Positions 9,454 to 19,029 of a stretch of 62,814 bases of DNA are shown one piece after another. Origin of the DNA: a virus (lineage: Duplodnaviria > Caudoviricetes). Where the stretch lies: positions 1-62,814 of the IMG/VR virus record IMGVR_UViG_3300048592_000297. One strand, 5' to 3'. Each line of letters starts with the position of its first letter. Positions within the stretch are counted from its first letter, which is position 1. The position numbers were made by a program, and so were the translations under genes. The notes below the pieces were generated by a model. The model ran no database searches, was not told the origin of the DNA, and saw only the letters and a program-made list of their open reading frames with translations.

Positions 9454-10451
9454 CAGTACAACTCGGCTTCACGGACCATGCCGTGAACTTCATCTTCCGT
9501 CAGTTCATCTAAGTCATGTGCACCTACCTCCCTCCTCTGTGAATCGGATCGAAAGCAAACAGAATGCCTCCATTCCGGCACCAAGAATGGTATGTGTTTA
9601 CCCAGCCGAGCTTTGGCTTGTTTCGTTCCAAGCCTGCCCGCCTCGTCATTGTCGAAAAACGAGACCACCGGGCGATTCATACGAATCAGTATATCTGATT
9701 GCGCTTCCGTGAGCCCGGAATGCAACGCCGCCACCGTTGCGTAACCGTAGCTGAGCCCGCGTGCACAATCAAACGGCCCTTCGGTCAGAAGTATAAAAGG
9801 TCGTTCCGTGAATCGGTGGACCAGATGCGCCCCCAATAACAACAGCCGCTTCGGCAGACCGAAGTAATCGCGCACTTTCGGTTGCGCGCCGTCGCGTACT
9901 GCACGGCCAGTGAATCCGTACCACTGACAATCTGCCGTATAGACCGGGAACAGGATTCGAGACTCCTTCTGCGAATCTTGCGGATCGTACCGCAACCCCA
10001 TCAGCCTCGACACCTCCTTCGTAACAGAGCGATCCTCAAGGTAACAGTGGTTGTCTGCCCGGTCGAAAAGTTCCAGCAACTCCGGGTCAAGCGGCTCCCC
10101 AAGCTGTTCGCGAGTTGGAGAACGCATGTCGTCGCCCCACTCCTCTAACGGGTAGCCATACTCCTCGGCCGCGTTTATAGTTGCCAGCAGTTCGTCATAT
10201 CTGCCATCTGTGTAGTGTGCCGACAAAGCCACCACGAGCCGGGTAAGCGGACCTGTGGACTTGCAAGTGAAGCAATGAAAAACGCTCGGCGCAGCGTCAT
10301 GGACCGACACGCCGAATGACGGGCGCGCGTCAGTCCTCTTGTCGTGCTTGAACGGCGCAAACGGGCATGAGCCCATCACCCATTCTGAATGATGAGTCAC
10401 CGACTCGATATGCAAGTAGCTCAAAACCTGCACTATGCCTTCCCTGTTCAT
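9453..10451 (-). CDS. DNA primase (Zn-binding + TOPRIM)
   Basis: CPF..H..HCFTC, RILFP..GR, LTEGPFD, FFDNDEAG. Confidence 0.92.
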   Translation of the reverse strand: MNREGIVQVLSYLHIESVTHHSEWVMGSCPFAPFKHDKRTDARPSFGVSVHDAAPSVFHCFTCKSTGPLTRLVVALSAHYTDGRYDELLATINAAEEYGYPLEEWGDDMRSPTREQLGEPLDPELLELFDRADNHCYLEDRSVTKEVSRLMGLRYDPQDSQKESRILFPVYTADCQWYGFTGRAVRDGAQPKVRDYFGLPKRLLLLGAHLVHRFTERPFILLTEGPFDCARGLSYGYATVAALHSGLTEAQSDILIRMNRPVVSFFDNDEAGRLGTKQAKARLGKHIPFLVPEWRHSVCFRSDSQRREVGAHDLDELTEDEVHGMVREAELY

Positions 10452-10453
10452 GG

Positions 10454-10936
10454 CTACGCCTGCATGTCTTTGGCTTTCTTACCCGGCACTCGCGGCTTCT
10501 GCTGGAGAAGCGGCAGAAACCTGTATTGCGGTTCCTTCGGGGTGCCCGGGACAGAAGTCGTGACCGCTGCGAAATCTTTGGACGACAGCTCGGCCCTCAA
10601 CGCCGCTATGCTAACGTCTGCAATTTCACAGAATCGATGCTCCCCGACCAAAGCGACAACTGCCGCCTTGTCTATTTGCGTGGACGAGTTCGAACGAGGC
10701 GTGTACACCTCGTGTGTACCGTACTGCTCGACAGCAAACGTCGTTTGCCCAAGCGCAGCAAGTGCTGCTTCCGCTTCCGTGTGAAGCGATGCCAGCTCGG
10801 CCTTCATTCTAGCGATGGCCCGCTCCTTATAGGAGATCAACCGGCCGAGGCTCCTGAGCCGGTCAGTGGTAGTTGCTGCGTGCGCGTCGCGTGCTGGCGT
10901 GCGCCGCGTAATCTGCAGTTTTCTTGGTTCAGCCAT
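10454..10936 (-). CDS. Hypothetical coiled-coil protein
   Basis: 160 aa, strong AAGGAG RBS, directly downstream of a promoter. Confidence 0.7.
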   Translation of the reverse strand: MAEPRKLQITRRTPARDAHAATTTDRLRSLGRLISYKERAIARMKAELASLHTEAEAALAALGQTTFAVEQYGTHEVYTPRSNSSTQIDKAAVVALVGEHRFCEIADVSIAALRAELSSKDFAAVTTSVPGTPKEPQYRFLPLLQQKPRVPGKKAKDMQA

Positions 10937-10966
10937 TGTGTTTCTCCTTCGTGACGGTGCGGTACT

Positions 10967-10995
10967 ATTGTACCTAAGAATGGTTTATTAGTCAA
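10967..10995 (-). promoter_or_regulatory. sigma70-type promoter
   Basis: TTGACT-17bp-TACAAT on - strand. Confidence 0.8.
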
Positions 10996-10998
10996 CCT

Positions 10999-13635
10999 TT
11001 ATTCTATGCGCCACCGTAAATGGCTCGGCAAATCACGTAGACCATAATTTGGCGGATCATACTGCGCAGGCAACCCCTCGATCCCAGCTTGTGTTTCGAA
11101 GTCGTATGGATCGTCCAGTGTTAGCGCTTTGAGTTCTTTGACCCCGCCAAACCCATCAACAGCAACGGCAACATCCGCAATCAACGGAATCTTGAAATCC
11201 ACATCGAACAACGCTTTCAGATCCATACGCTCCATGTAATACTTCAGGGTTTTAGCGGCCCACTCTACATGCTGAAGCGGCGTCAAGACATAAATGGCGT
11301 CATGAACGAAACTCGCCAGCGCCATATACGCCGGATCAAGTTCTTGGTCTATCGCCGTCATTGCCATAAGCCCTAACGTAGACCCGAACTCCTGCACCGG
11401 GGCGTTTATGCCCATGCGTTCAGCGGCTGAACGTACATGCTGCTCGGCAGACCGAATCATCGGCAGGTGTCGAACCCGACCACTGTAGGATCGGACATAG
11501 CCATTGGCGCGAATGAACTCACGCATCTTCTGGTGCCACGAAACCAAGCCACTGTACTTACGGAAGTACAGATTACGAATATCCTCCGACTCCTGATCGG
11601 TAACGTCCACGCCGTACTGGGTCTTCGCGTAAACCTTGTATTTGCGAGCCCCCATACCGTACACATAGCCGAAGTTGATTGCTTTGCCCTTGAAGCGCAA
11701 AAGCGCTCGCTCGTCCTTGGACATAGCCGCAAACTGCTCGTCAGTGACCCGCGACGCAAACCGAGCAGTGTCTGTGTGGATGTCCCCGCCTTCGCGATAG
11801 ATGCGAACCATCTCAGGCTCATTCGCCATATTTGCTACTATTCGCAATTCGATTTGCGAATAGTCGGCCTCGACAACGGCGAAGCCTTCCGGCGGCACGA
11901 AAATGTTGCGATACTCCTTAGCAAACGTACCGCGCTTCGGCCAGTTCTGTGAGTTTGGTGATTGAGAACTGGTGCGGCCGGTAGAGGTGGTGTGCAGGCT
12001 GTACGATGGGTGAATCATCCCCTCGCGCATGTACTTCTCACGAAACTTCTTGATGTTCGCATCAAGCAAGCGTTTCAGCTTCTTGTACTCAATTAGTTGC
12101 AGAACAAACTCATTCGTATCAGCGAAGTACGGAAAATGATTCTTCGAGCTTAACGACGCCAGTCTCTGGTCAGCCGGTAGGTTTTTGGTCGAATCGGTGT
12201 ACAACACTGGCGTCAGCCGAAACCCGCTGGGATGGTCGAACAGGATGTCTCTAACAAACGAATCTCGCGAGAACTTCAAGCCATGCGGCTTCGCCTTATC
12301 CACGTGCGCTCGCTTAATCGGTCTCGGCACCTGCGCCAACAAAGCTGTCTCTATCTCCTTGACTCGGGTGGAAAGTGAGGTTTCAAGGCTGTCCAGCTTG
12401 GCTGCGTCGCAGTGCATACCGCGAAGCTCCATGCTCACCAGTGTGTTTATGCCCGGCATGGTGACGATGCGATAGTTGCGCCACAATTTCGCATCTCGGC
12501 GAACCAGCGGCTCTAGGTACTGAAACAGCCTGAAGGTCGCATCTACGTCTCCTGCGCCGTACATAAGCATGTCAGACAGCGGAACTTCCCGCATCTTAGC
12601 TTTGTCGTACTTCCGATTGAACCAGTCGTCGTACCCAGCAAGCTCGGGCACGAAAATCTTCGTTAGCGTAGACAAATCCTTAGATCGCTGATTCTCGTCA
12701 TGGAGTGCCGCCAGCAACAGAACATCATGGTCAATCTTGAATCGTATCCCGAGTCTGGTAGTGATCCACAGCAAATCGAACTTCAGATTGAATCCTATAA
12801 CAGACCTGTCTGTTGAGCACAGCAAGTGAGTGAGCTGCTGCTTCAGCTTGCGTCTTACCCGCCTTGGTGCCGGACGTTCTGGATGATCCCAAGACAACAG
12901 GTATCCTACGCCGGGTTGCGGGCTCAACTGAATCGTTAACAACTGCTTTGACCGATCAAACCAGTCGAGGCCGTCGGTTTCCACGTCAACAACCAACTGA
13001 CTGGGGTTTTGGTCTATCAAGAACTGCAAGTCATCCACAATCTCGTAGCCAGTAACAAGGCTGTGCTTCGCTGCATCGGCATGAAAATCACCATCCGCCA
13101 ACCGCTTAAGCGTCAGCGCATCAGCGCGAAATACGCCCCAATTCTGGGGGTAGCTTGCAACGACAAACGGATCAATCATCGGGTAGACAGGGCGCATGAA
13201 CTCCTCAGAGAACTCAACCTGCCCACGAATCTTGGTAATCTTCTTCGGCCGTCCGAAAACAGCCTTCGCCGCTTCCGCCCCTAGCGTGATGATTGCGACC
13301 GGCTTCATCTGCCGGACAACTGCTTTCAGATAATGTCTGCAGTGCTCTAGTATCGCCTTTCGTGATTTCGCACTGTAGGTGTCGGGCTTGTGTCCGCAGC
13401 GTACATGAGCATGAAACACGAACTCGTCTTTGCTGAACCCGGCTTCTTCCATCGCACGGTTAAAAACAGTCATCGACGCATGCGACAGATGCGATTGCTC
13501 GCCATATCCTCCTTCTTCGTTATCTACGAACGGAAGACCAGAAACAACTAGATATTTCGCAGTACGAAGATCCCCCGCCGCTTTGATTCGCGGTAGTTGT
13601 TCGCATGCAAGAGGGCATCCCTCGCAGATACTCAC
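10999..13635 (-). CDS. polA: Family A DNA polymerase with N-terminal UDG family-4-like domain and 3'-5' exonuclease
   Basis: Polymerase: TGRTSS..PNSQN, ADYSQIELR, KAINFGYVYG, VHDA. Exonuclease: DVETDG, FNLKFD, YGAGD. N-terminal CEGC..RC..C. Confidence 0.95.
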   Translation of the reverse strand: MSICEGCPLACEQLPRIKAAGDLRTAKYLVVSGLPFVDNEEGGYGEQSHLSHASMTVFNRAMEEAGFSKDEFVFHAHVRCGHKPDTYSAKSRKAILEHCRHYLKAVVRQMKPVAIITLGAEAAKAVFGRPKKITKIRGQVEFSEEFMRPVYPMIDPFVVASYPQNWGVFRADALTLKRLADGDFHADAAKHSLVTGYEIVDDLQFLIDQNPSQLVVDVETDGLDWFDRSKQLLTIQLSPQPGVGYLLSWDHPERPAPRRVRRKLKQQLTHLLCSTDRSVIGFNLKFDLLWITTRLGIRFKIDHDVLLLAALHDENQRSKDLSTLTKIFVPELAGYDDWFNRKYDKAKMREVPLSDMLMYGAGDVDATFRLFQYLEPLVRRDAKLWRNYRIVTMPGINTLVSMELRGMHCDAAKLDSLETSLSTRVKEIETALLAQVPRPIKRAHVDKAKPHGLKFSRDSFVRDILFDHPSGFRLTPVLYTDSTKNLPADQRLASLSSKNHFPYFADTNEFVLQLIEYKKLKRLLDANIKKFREKYMREGMIHPSYSLHTTSTGRTSSQSPNSQNWPKRGTFAKEYRNIFVPPEGFAVVEADYSQIELRIVANMANEPEMVRIYREGGDIHTDTARFASRVTDEQFAAMSKDERALLRFKGKAINFGYVYGMGARKYKVYAKTQYGVDVTDQESEDIRNLYFRKYSGLVSWHQKMREFIRANGYVRSYSGRVRHLPMIRSAEQHVRSAAERMGINAPVQEFGSTLGLMAMTAIDQELDPAYMALASFVHDAIYVLTPLQHVEWAAKTLKYYMERMDLKALFDVDFKIPLIADVAVAVDGFGGVKELKALTLDDPYDFETQAGIEGLPAQYDPPNYGLRDLPSHLRWRIE

Positions 13636-13637
13636 GT

Positions 13638-14915
13638 CTAATCCTCCAGCATCCAGTCGATATTGACGTTTTGGTTCAGTATTTCCCTACTGCTGAGCGC
13701 GTAATGAATCGGTATCTCCTCGAAGCAAACAGGATTGAACCGAAACGTGATCGCAATCTGCGCAGACTCACCTTCGCGACCTTTGATCGTGCGTATGATC
13801 CGCGTGCGCTTGTCGGACGCAGTCTTATGCGGGTACTCAAGCGAGTACACAACCGAGCAATGTGTCGAAAACGCATCAGTGAACCCGACTGTCTCCAGAG
13901 TCGTGTGCCCCGCTTTCGCGCCTTCCCGGCTTACCTGCGAAGACGCCAAGATGGGGATGTCTCGCCGCAGCGCAACATCCTTCAGGTCGTCGAGCACGTC
14001 CGAAATCTGAATGTTACGTGGTGCGCCTCGATTGGTGCGGGCACTTCGTAGCATGTAAACGCCATCTATAATGACAAAGTCGGGGCGTTGTTCGGCAATT
14101 ACAGCATCGATGCCTCCGACGTTCGACCCTTTCACATTGCCTTGGTAGATGTGAAGTCGAGCACTTGATGCTGCTTGGTCCAGCGCCTGTCTGAACCTGT
14201 TCTCGTCATACGTCCCTAGTTTACCACGTCGAGCGTGACTAGGGTTAACGCCAGCCACCATCGCCGCATACCGGGTTCCGATCTGCGCCATGCTCATTTC
14301 CATAGTAACGAACAGAACATTCGCACCATAGTCGAGGGCGCTTCTCAACGCTCGAAGTAGAATCCACGTCTTCCCCGTCTCCGGCCGCGCAACAATCACG
14401 TTGAGGTCACCATTCTGCATCCCGGAACTTTCACCGTCTAGCGTAGGGAACCCTATCGGCACTCCTACCAATCCGTCTATGCGGTGTCGGGCATCGTACC
14501 TGTCGAGCACAATCTCCGACACCTCTCGTATCGAAAGCAGGTCTGCCGCATCGTTACCTAATCTGCTAACGGATGCAAGTCGATCAATGATCGAAACAGC
14601 ATCCATCATATTCCGTTCGCTAAGCGCAACCCGTAGAGCGTTGTACTCAGGTACGATCTGGTTGTGGAATCGGCGCTCCCGCAACGCAGAGATGTAGTAT
14701 TCTAACGAGTCGGTTACTTCCGGCAGCTCTATCGATGTCCGTTCTTGGACCGTTGCGCTTGACGGTAATTCGCCAAACCTACGCACGTGCAAGACGCAAA
14801 ACCGAAATACTGTCGTCTCATTACCAGCAACAAAATAGCTCTCATCAACTCGCCGAAGTTCCCCGGTGTTGCCATTACGACAGATGGCCGCGATGTAATT
14901 GAGTCCGATTGACAT
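13638..14915 (-). CDS. dnaB: DnaB-like replicative helicase
   Basis: ARPETGKT, VTMEMS, IIDGVY, SSQVSR, IKGREG. Confidence 0.92.
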   Translation of the reverse strand: MSIGLNYIAAICRNGNTGELRRVDESYFVAGNETTVFRFCVLHVRRFGELPSSATVQERTSIELPEVTDSLEYYISALRERRFHNQIVPEYNALRVALSERNMMDAVSIIDRLASVSRLGNDAADLLSIREVSEIVLDRYDARHRIDGLVGVPIGFPTLDGESSGMQNGDLNVIVARPETGKTWILLRALRSALDYGANVLFVTMEMSMAQIGTRYAAMVAGVNPSHARRGKLGTYDENRFRQALDQAASSARLHIYQGNVKGSNVGGIDAVIAEQRPDFVIIDGVYMLRSARTNRGAPRNIQISDVLDDLKDVALRRDIPILASSQVSREGAKAGHTTLETVGFTDAFSTHCSVVYSLEYPHKTASDKRTRIIRTIKGREGESAQIAITFRFNPVCFEEIPIHYALSSREILNQNVNIDWMLED

Positions 14916-14923
14916 AAGCGCAC

Positions 14924-15490
14924 CTATAGGTCGATTCGCAGCATACTATCGGCCAGCCATTTGGCGAACACTTCTCCGTACCATACATCAAGCGGTTTGT
15001 GGGCACTTGATCGTATCGTCAGGATGTGTGTGCTCAGGTCGTTGTTTGCCCGGTCTTGCATGTACTCTACAACAGAGTAGGTATCGCTAGCCTGTAGCGG
15101 GCATTCAACGCCGCCGGTATGGAACCCAACCACAAACAGGTGCTGGTAAGCGTCGAGGCCGCAAGATTCTCGGTTGCTGTAAGCCTGCCCAACTTCGCCA
15201 CTGAGTTTCATCAACCCCAAAAGCAGCACCGACTGGTCTTGCAGAACCAATTCTTTAGCGGCAGTGCTGAACAGCAATCTTGCGCGAACAGGACCGGGCG
15301 CTTGTGCCTTTCCATAGACAGCATTAAACCACAACGATTTGCGTGACGTAATCCAGCCGGACTCTCTGACAAACGTAGTCAGTTCTTGACACCCCTCCTT
15401 CGCCAGAGTAGTGCGCATGGCATCGCTGCTTACGTTCGCGTTTCGCAGTTTCGTGAATACTTCCTGCCTATCCATCGCAGTCGCCCTCAT
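14924..15490 (-). CDS. Degenerate DnaC/IstB-like helicase loader
   Basis: Lies between initiator and DnaB; DRANNDLSTHILT resembles the DnaC C-terminal motif; no Walker A. Confidence 0.5.
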   Translation of the reverse strand: MRATAMDRQEVFTKLRNANVSSDAMRTTLAKEGCQELTTFVRESGWITSRKSLWFNAVYGKAQAPGPVRARLLFSTAAKELVLQDQSVLLLGLMKLSGEVGQAYSNRESCGLDAYQHLFVVGFHTGGVECPLQASDTYSVVEYMQDRANNDLSTHILTIRSSAHKPLDVWYGEVFAKWLADSMLRIDL

Positions 15491-16629
15491 TCGAATATGC
15501 TTAGGTCGCCATCATCCATAGCCGGACTTTCTTGTAGAGCGGACTTGCGACGCACTGGCTGACGCCGGGGGATTGCAGGCGGCGCTTGTTCGGGCACAGG
15601 CGTAGGGAGCTTAGCGACTTGCGCTTTAGGGTAGTACGACTTTGCCCAGCCTCGGCCCGTACCTAGTCGCTGATAGATGTCGCCATCTTCGTCACAGAAG
15701 TCGCCCGCCCGCGCTTCACGAGCGATAAGTGCCCTGCGGCCTGTATAGAGCCGAGCGCCATCGTCCAGCGCCGTAAACGCATGCCCGCCTCCAAGTACGC
15801 CTTGAGTGGAAGCAGTAGCGATCTGTTCAAGCCCTTCGACTACGTGCCGCACAAACCGCGCAACAAATCCAAACTCCGGGTTCTCCGGCATGCCCTTGAC
15901 CCACTTCATTGGCCCATGCTTGAGATCGTACCAATGTGTACAGATGTCCTCGAACAGCTTTCGTACCGGCGGAAGGTTCACATTCTTCGAGTTGTTCATG
16001 AACACGCCAACTTCTCGCGGCGATAGTAGCAGCGGGGGTTCTTTTCCGAACGCCTCCAGATACGCCAGTTTCCATGCCGGGGCGATAGACTTCCTTACGG
16101 TAGTCGAAGACTTGACCCGCGACTGCAGTTTGGTTTTGCGTTCGTTAGCAAATTGCTCAACAACCTCCGCTGCGGTCTGCGGAGGTTTGCGCAATCGTAG
16201 TCTCGGTCTCCGTGGTTCTGGCAGCGTCTTCATTGACAGTGCTTCGAGCTTGCGAGAAGCGTTGTTTTCATAGGTATCAGAATCCTTACTATATATCATT
16301 GGTATATTATGGGTCTCAGCGTGAGACGGGGGTAGTCTCACTGTGAGACGGGGGCAGTCTAATCCTGAGACGGGGGTAGTCTCACTGTGAGACTGGTTTG
16401 TGCAATTTTTGTACAAACCCGTCTCACTGTGAGACTGGTCTTCGGCGTGTTTTTGCGCTTCACCGGGCAAAATAAACTCACGATCCGCCTCTGAAGGCAG
16501 GAAGTCGCGGCTGCAATCTACCTGTACTCGTCCGTTTTCGGCTACAAATTGACGCATTCGACGGAACATTGCTAAGCGTTTATCCGCGTATCGCAGTCTT
16601 CTGCTCTTGGTCTTAAGATCGGTTTTCAT
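15487..16629 (-). CDS. Replication protein carrying the iterons (true start may be MKTLPE, ~16233)
   Basis: 380-aa open frame spanning the origin repeats, upstream of the loader and helicase. Confidence 0.55.
   Translation of the reverse strand: MKTDLKTKSRRLRYADKRLAMFRRMRQFVAENGRVQVDCSRDFLPSEADREFILPGEAQKHAEDQSHSETGLYKNCTNQSHSETTPVSGLDCPRLTVRLPPSHAETHNIPMIYSKDSDTYENNASRKLEALSMKTLPEPRRPRLRLRKPPQTAAEVVEQFANERKTKLQSRVKSSTTVRKSIAPAWKLAYLEAFGKEPPLLLSPREVGVFMNNSKNVNLPPVRKLFEDICTHWYDLKHGPMKWVKGMPENPEFGFVARFVRHVVEGLEQIATASTQGVLGGGHAFTALDDGARLYTGRRALIAREARAGDFCDEDGDIYQRLGTGRGWAKSYYPKAQVAKLPTPVPEQAPPAIPRRQPVRRKSALQESPAMDDGDLSIFE
16261..16435. repeat. Putative replication origin: 5 palindromic iterons plus AT-rich tract
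   Basis: GTCTCACTGTGAGAC-type units at 16313, 16335, 16357, 16379 (22-bp period) and 16421; AT-rich tract at 16261-16310; inner palindrome GTTTGTGCAA-TTT-TTGTACAAAC. Confidence 0.8.
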
Positions 16630-17029
16630 AGCTACGCACGTCGTTGATGTCGCTACTGTCGGCTATAGCCGTGAGTAGCGTGCTGGTGTTCAAGCTGTAC
16701 GAACAGCCTTTGAACGAGCCGCCAAGGTGCCGATTACTACGGCTAACATAGATTAGCTCCAGCGCTTCCAGCTCTGTTAGACAGCGAGCTACAGTAGCTC
16801 TGGATATCCCCAGCCCGTGATGGAGAGGCGAAGCAGCTCCGTTGCGCTGAATACCGCCGATGAAGTGCGCATACCGGATGTACTCCCACTGCTTGCCGTA
16901 CCGCAGCGTGCGCTCGGCGATGAACAAGAGCACGGCTCCTTGCGGAAGCCCAAGCTCAGCAATCCAGTAGTTGATGATAATCTGGAGTACCGGGACGTAC
17001 AGTAGCCGATGATTCGGGTCGTATGTCAT
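16613..17029 (-). CDS. Winged-HTH replication initiator (lambda O-like N-domain)
   Basis: VLLFIAERTLRYGK..LGISRATVARCLTELEALELI; adjacent to the iterons. Confidence 0.7.
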   Translation of the reverse strand: MTYDPNHRLLYVPVLQIIINYWIAELGLPQGAVLLFIAERTLRYGKQWEYIRYAHFIGGIQRNGAASPLHHGLGISRATVARCLTELEALELIYVSRSNRHLGGSFKGCSYSLNTSTLLTAIADSSDINDVRSYENRS

Positions 17030-17152
17030 AAGCGCGACCTAGACAACCGCTCCCAGCCCCCGAAATTCCTTTGCGTGGCTGCGAAATCGGGGGGTCTGAA
17101 GAGTACCCCTGTAGGGGTGTAGGGGGTAGCCCCCAGCGAGGCGTGCAGGGCT

Positions 17153-17491
17153 CTACAGCTCGTTGTTTCTGTAGCGTTCCTGCAGCCCCGAGGCGACTAT
17201 CGTACCAGCAAGAGAATGCGGGTCGCAGACCTGCATAAGCTCGCATGTTTGGAGCCACGCAACTTCGAACTTGCGGGCATCCCCATACCTCACGAAACCT
17301 GTTGCATAAGGCAGAGGGGTCGTCTTGCCAGACGGCAAAACATAAAACGTCTGGGACGTTTCGTCGAACTCGATGGACGACGCTCTGGACAGAGTTTTCG
17401 GGCCAAGGAACCCAAGGTCGAACTCGTCGTGGTGCAGCCCGTGCGCGGTGCCGTGCGGAGTGAAGCTCACTACAATCTTCTGTTCGTTCAT
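17153..17491 (-). CDS. Conserved partner of the AAA/DUF1257/DUF2997 module
   Basis: MNEQKIVVSFTPHG..DLGFLG..RASSIEFD..EVAWL; this pattern is recalled from such gene clusters, not searched. Confidence 0.65.
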   Translation of the reverse strand: MNEQKIVVSFTPHGTAHGLHHDEFDLGFLGPKTLSRASSIEFDETSQTFYVLPSGKTTPLPYATGFVRYGDARKFEVAWLQTCELMQVCDPHSLAGTIVASGLQERYRNNEL

Positions 17492-17507
17492 GGTGATTAC
17501 CCCGGAG

Positions 17508-17537
17508 ACACAAAGGGGGCTAGTCGCCCCCTCGTGT
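17508..17537 (-). terminator. Hairpin / weak terminator after DUF2997
   Basis: AGGGGGC-GACTA-GCCCCCT followed by TTGTGT on - strand. Confidence 0.5.
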
Positions 17538-17543
17538 TTGCTG

Positions 17544-17738
17544 CTAGAACACCTGCTTGATCGTTTCCACTGCGCCAGAGGCGGGCTGGTAGAACTCAGG
17601 CTTCTCCTTCTTGGCCCCGCCACCGCCCAAGACCAACTCAACTGCTTCGGTTGCAGAGACACAACCTTGCCCGGTGAACCCCTGCGCATCGAGCTTAACC
17701 CGCCCGTAAGGATCGATACTGACAACGACTTGTGACAT
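17544..17738 (-). CDS. DUF2997-family protein
   Basis: IDPYGRVKLDAQGFTGQGCVSATEAVE..KPEFYQ signature. Confidence 0.85.
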   Translation of the reverse strand: MSQVVVSIDPYGRVKLDAQGFTGQGCVSATEAVELVLGGGGAKKEKPEFYQPASGAVETIKQVF

Positions 17739-17760
17739 AACAGTCTCCTGTAGAGAGGCA

Positions 17761-18231
17761 CTAGGCTGCTTGGCGGATCACCAACTGAATGGTGCCGTCA
17801 TTCTGGGCAACACGCTCAGACTGCCCGCCATTGGCGAGTACGGCCTGCTCGGTCGCGTGCACGGCGTACATCTGCAGCAACCTGCCGAGGTACGTCTGCG
17901 CGGTCGATACGGTCGGATCACCGGCCGGTCGGCCCCCCGGAACGCCAAGGACTTGCTGAATGCGCGCCCCGGAGTACAGGTCGGCCCGCAACTCATACTC
18001 GCCAGCCTTCGAGGCGGGGTAGACGCCGATCTCGTAGGGGGCGCCCTCGACGGCGAGGACCAGTGCCGCCGCCTCCGACAGCCCGGCTTGATTGTTGAAG
18101 TACGCTTTGGGCACCGCATTCGCGGTGATCGACAGCTTGACACCTGTCGTTCGTTGCAATTCGGCACAAGCCGAACGCAACGCATAAAGGTTGGTGATCT
18201 TCACTTCGTTGATGTACGTGGTATGAGACAT
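17761..18231 (-). CDS. DUF1257 (Ycf35-like) protein
   Basis: MSHTT..ITNLYALRSACAEL..YEIG..YELRADLY..LLQMYA..DGTIQLVI. Confidence 0.82.
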   Translation of the reverse strand: MSHTTYINEVKITNLYALRSACAELQRTTGVKLSITANAVPKAYFNNQAGLSEAAALVLAVEGAPYEIGVYPASKAGEYELRADLYSGARIQQVLGVPGGRPAGDPTVSTAQTYLGRLLQMYAVHATEQAVLANGGQSERVAQNDGTIQLVIRQAA

Positions 18232-18275
18232 TCATCTGCCCTCGTGTGGTGATGTAGTCCTCGTGGGACCGTTAA

Positions 18276-18304
18276 ATTATAACCGCAAAACCTTTCTATG
18301 TCAA
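18276..18304 (-). promoter_or_regulatory. Perfect-consensus sigma70 promoter
   Basis: TTGACA-17bp-TATAAT on - strand, upstream of DUF1257. Confidence 0.9.
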
Positions 18305-19029
18305 CGTGGCGCAGGATTGCGTTTCCTGATGGTTATTTTCCTCCCTGCTGAACTTTTCAAAGACACCGTGAAGCCTCCCGAACCATCGCGCCGTCGAAAC
18401 ACGTCAAGACTTCTATACTTGTCATTCGTTTGTAGAGTCTCAACAGCAAAGAGCCTTCGATTCTCGCAGAGCGCGGGCGGGTAGAGATTTGCATACAAAC
18501 GCAATTTCGTCAGCGCCTCCACATCCAATACCCAAGCAGAACCGACAAAGACAGCAGAAGCGCCCACCAAAACACCGCTGATTACTGGCAGCGTGACGCT
18601 AATAAACGACGCTGCCGGGTGCACCAAAAGGTACATACATTCCGTCGTAGTCGAATCGTCGCCTTGCACAAAATTGCAATGCGCGACAACACCTATTAGA
18701 GTCTCGTCCCCGACCTTCAACCAATCCGATTTCCACCTGTCGTAGATGTGGTCGGTCCAAGGCTCACGGCCTTTGCTGGCGTAGAGGTAAGGGCCCTGTC
18801 TCATTTCCGTCGAGCCGCAGCGAATATACGAACGCGCACTACCATCGAACTCAACAACGTTACGACGCAGCAGCGGGAACTCGTCATCCTGCCCCTTAAC
18901 GGTCGCATCGTAAGGCACGCAGTACGAGCCTACACATACGCTGGGGTTGACCCGCCCGCTAGATTTCTTCAACACCGTCGCTCCGGTAGTGAGCATGATT
19001 TCGCTGTGGAACGCAGCAACCGCTTTCAT
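18301..19029 (-). CDS. Hypothetical protein (paralog of 19026-19838)
   Basis: Shares LIGVV..TECMYLLVH..AVFVGSAWVL with its neighbour. Confidence 0.7.
   Translation of the reverse strand: MKAVAAFHSEIMLTTGATVLKKSSGRVNPSVCVGSYCVPYDATVKGQDDEFPLLRRNVVEFDGSARSYIRCGSTEMRQGPYLYASKGREPWTDHIYDRWKSDWLKVGDETLIGVVAHCNFVQGDDSTTTECMYLLVHPAASFISVTLPVISGVLVGASAVFVGSAWVLDVEALTKLRLYANLYPPALCENRRLFAVETLQTNDKYRSLDVFRRRDGSGGFTVSLKSSAGRKITIRKRNPAPR

Noticed and set aside
16313-16435. CRISPR mini-array (palindromic repeats, Cas4-like gene in the genome)
   Set aside because: Repeats are 15 bp with near-identical 7-bp linkers rather than unique ~30-bp spacers. The context next to an initiator indicates iterons, and solo Cas4-like nucleases are common in phages.
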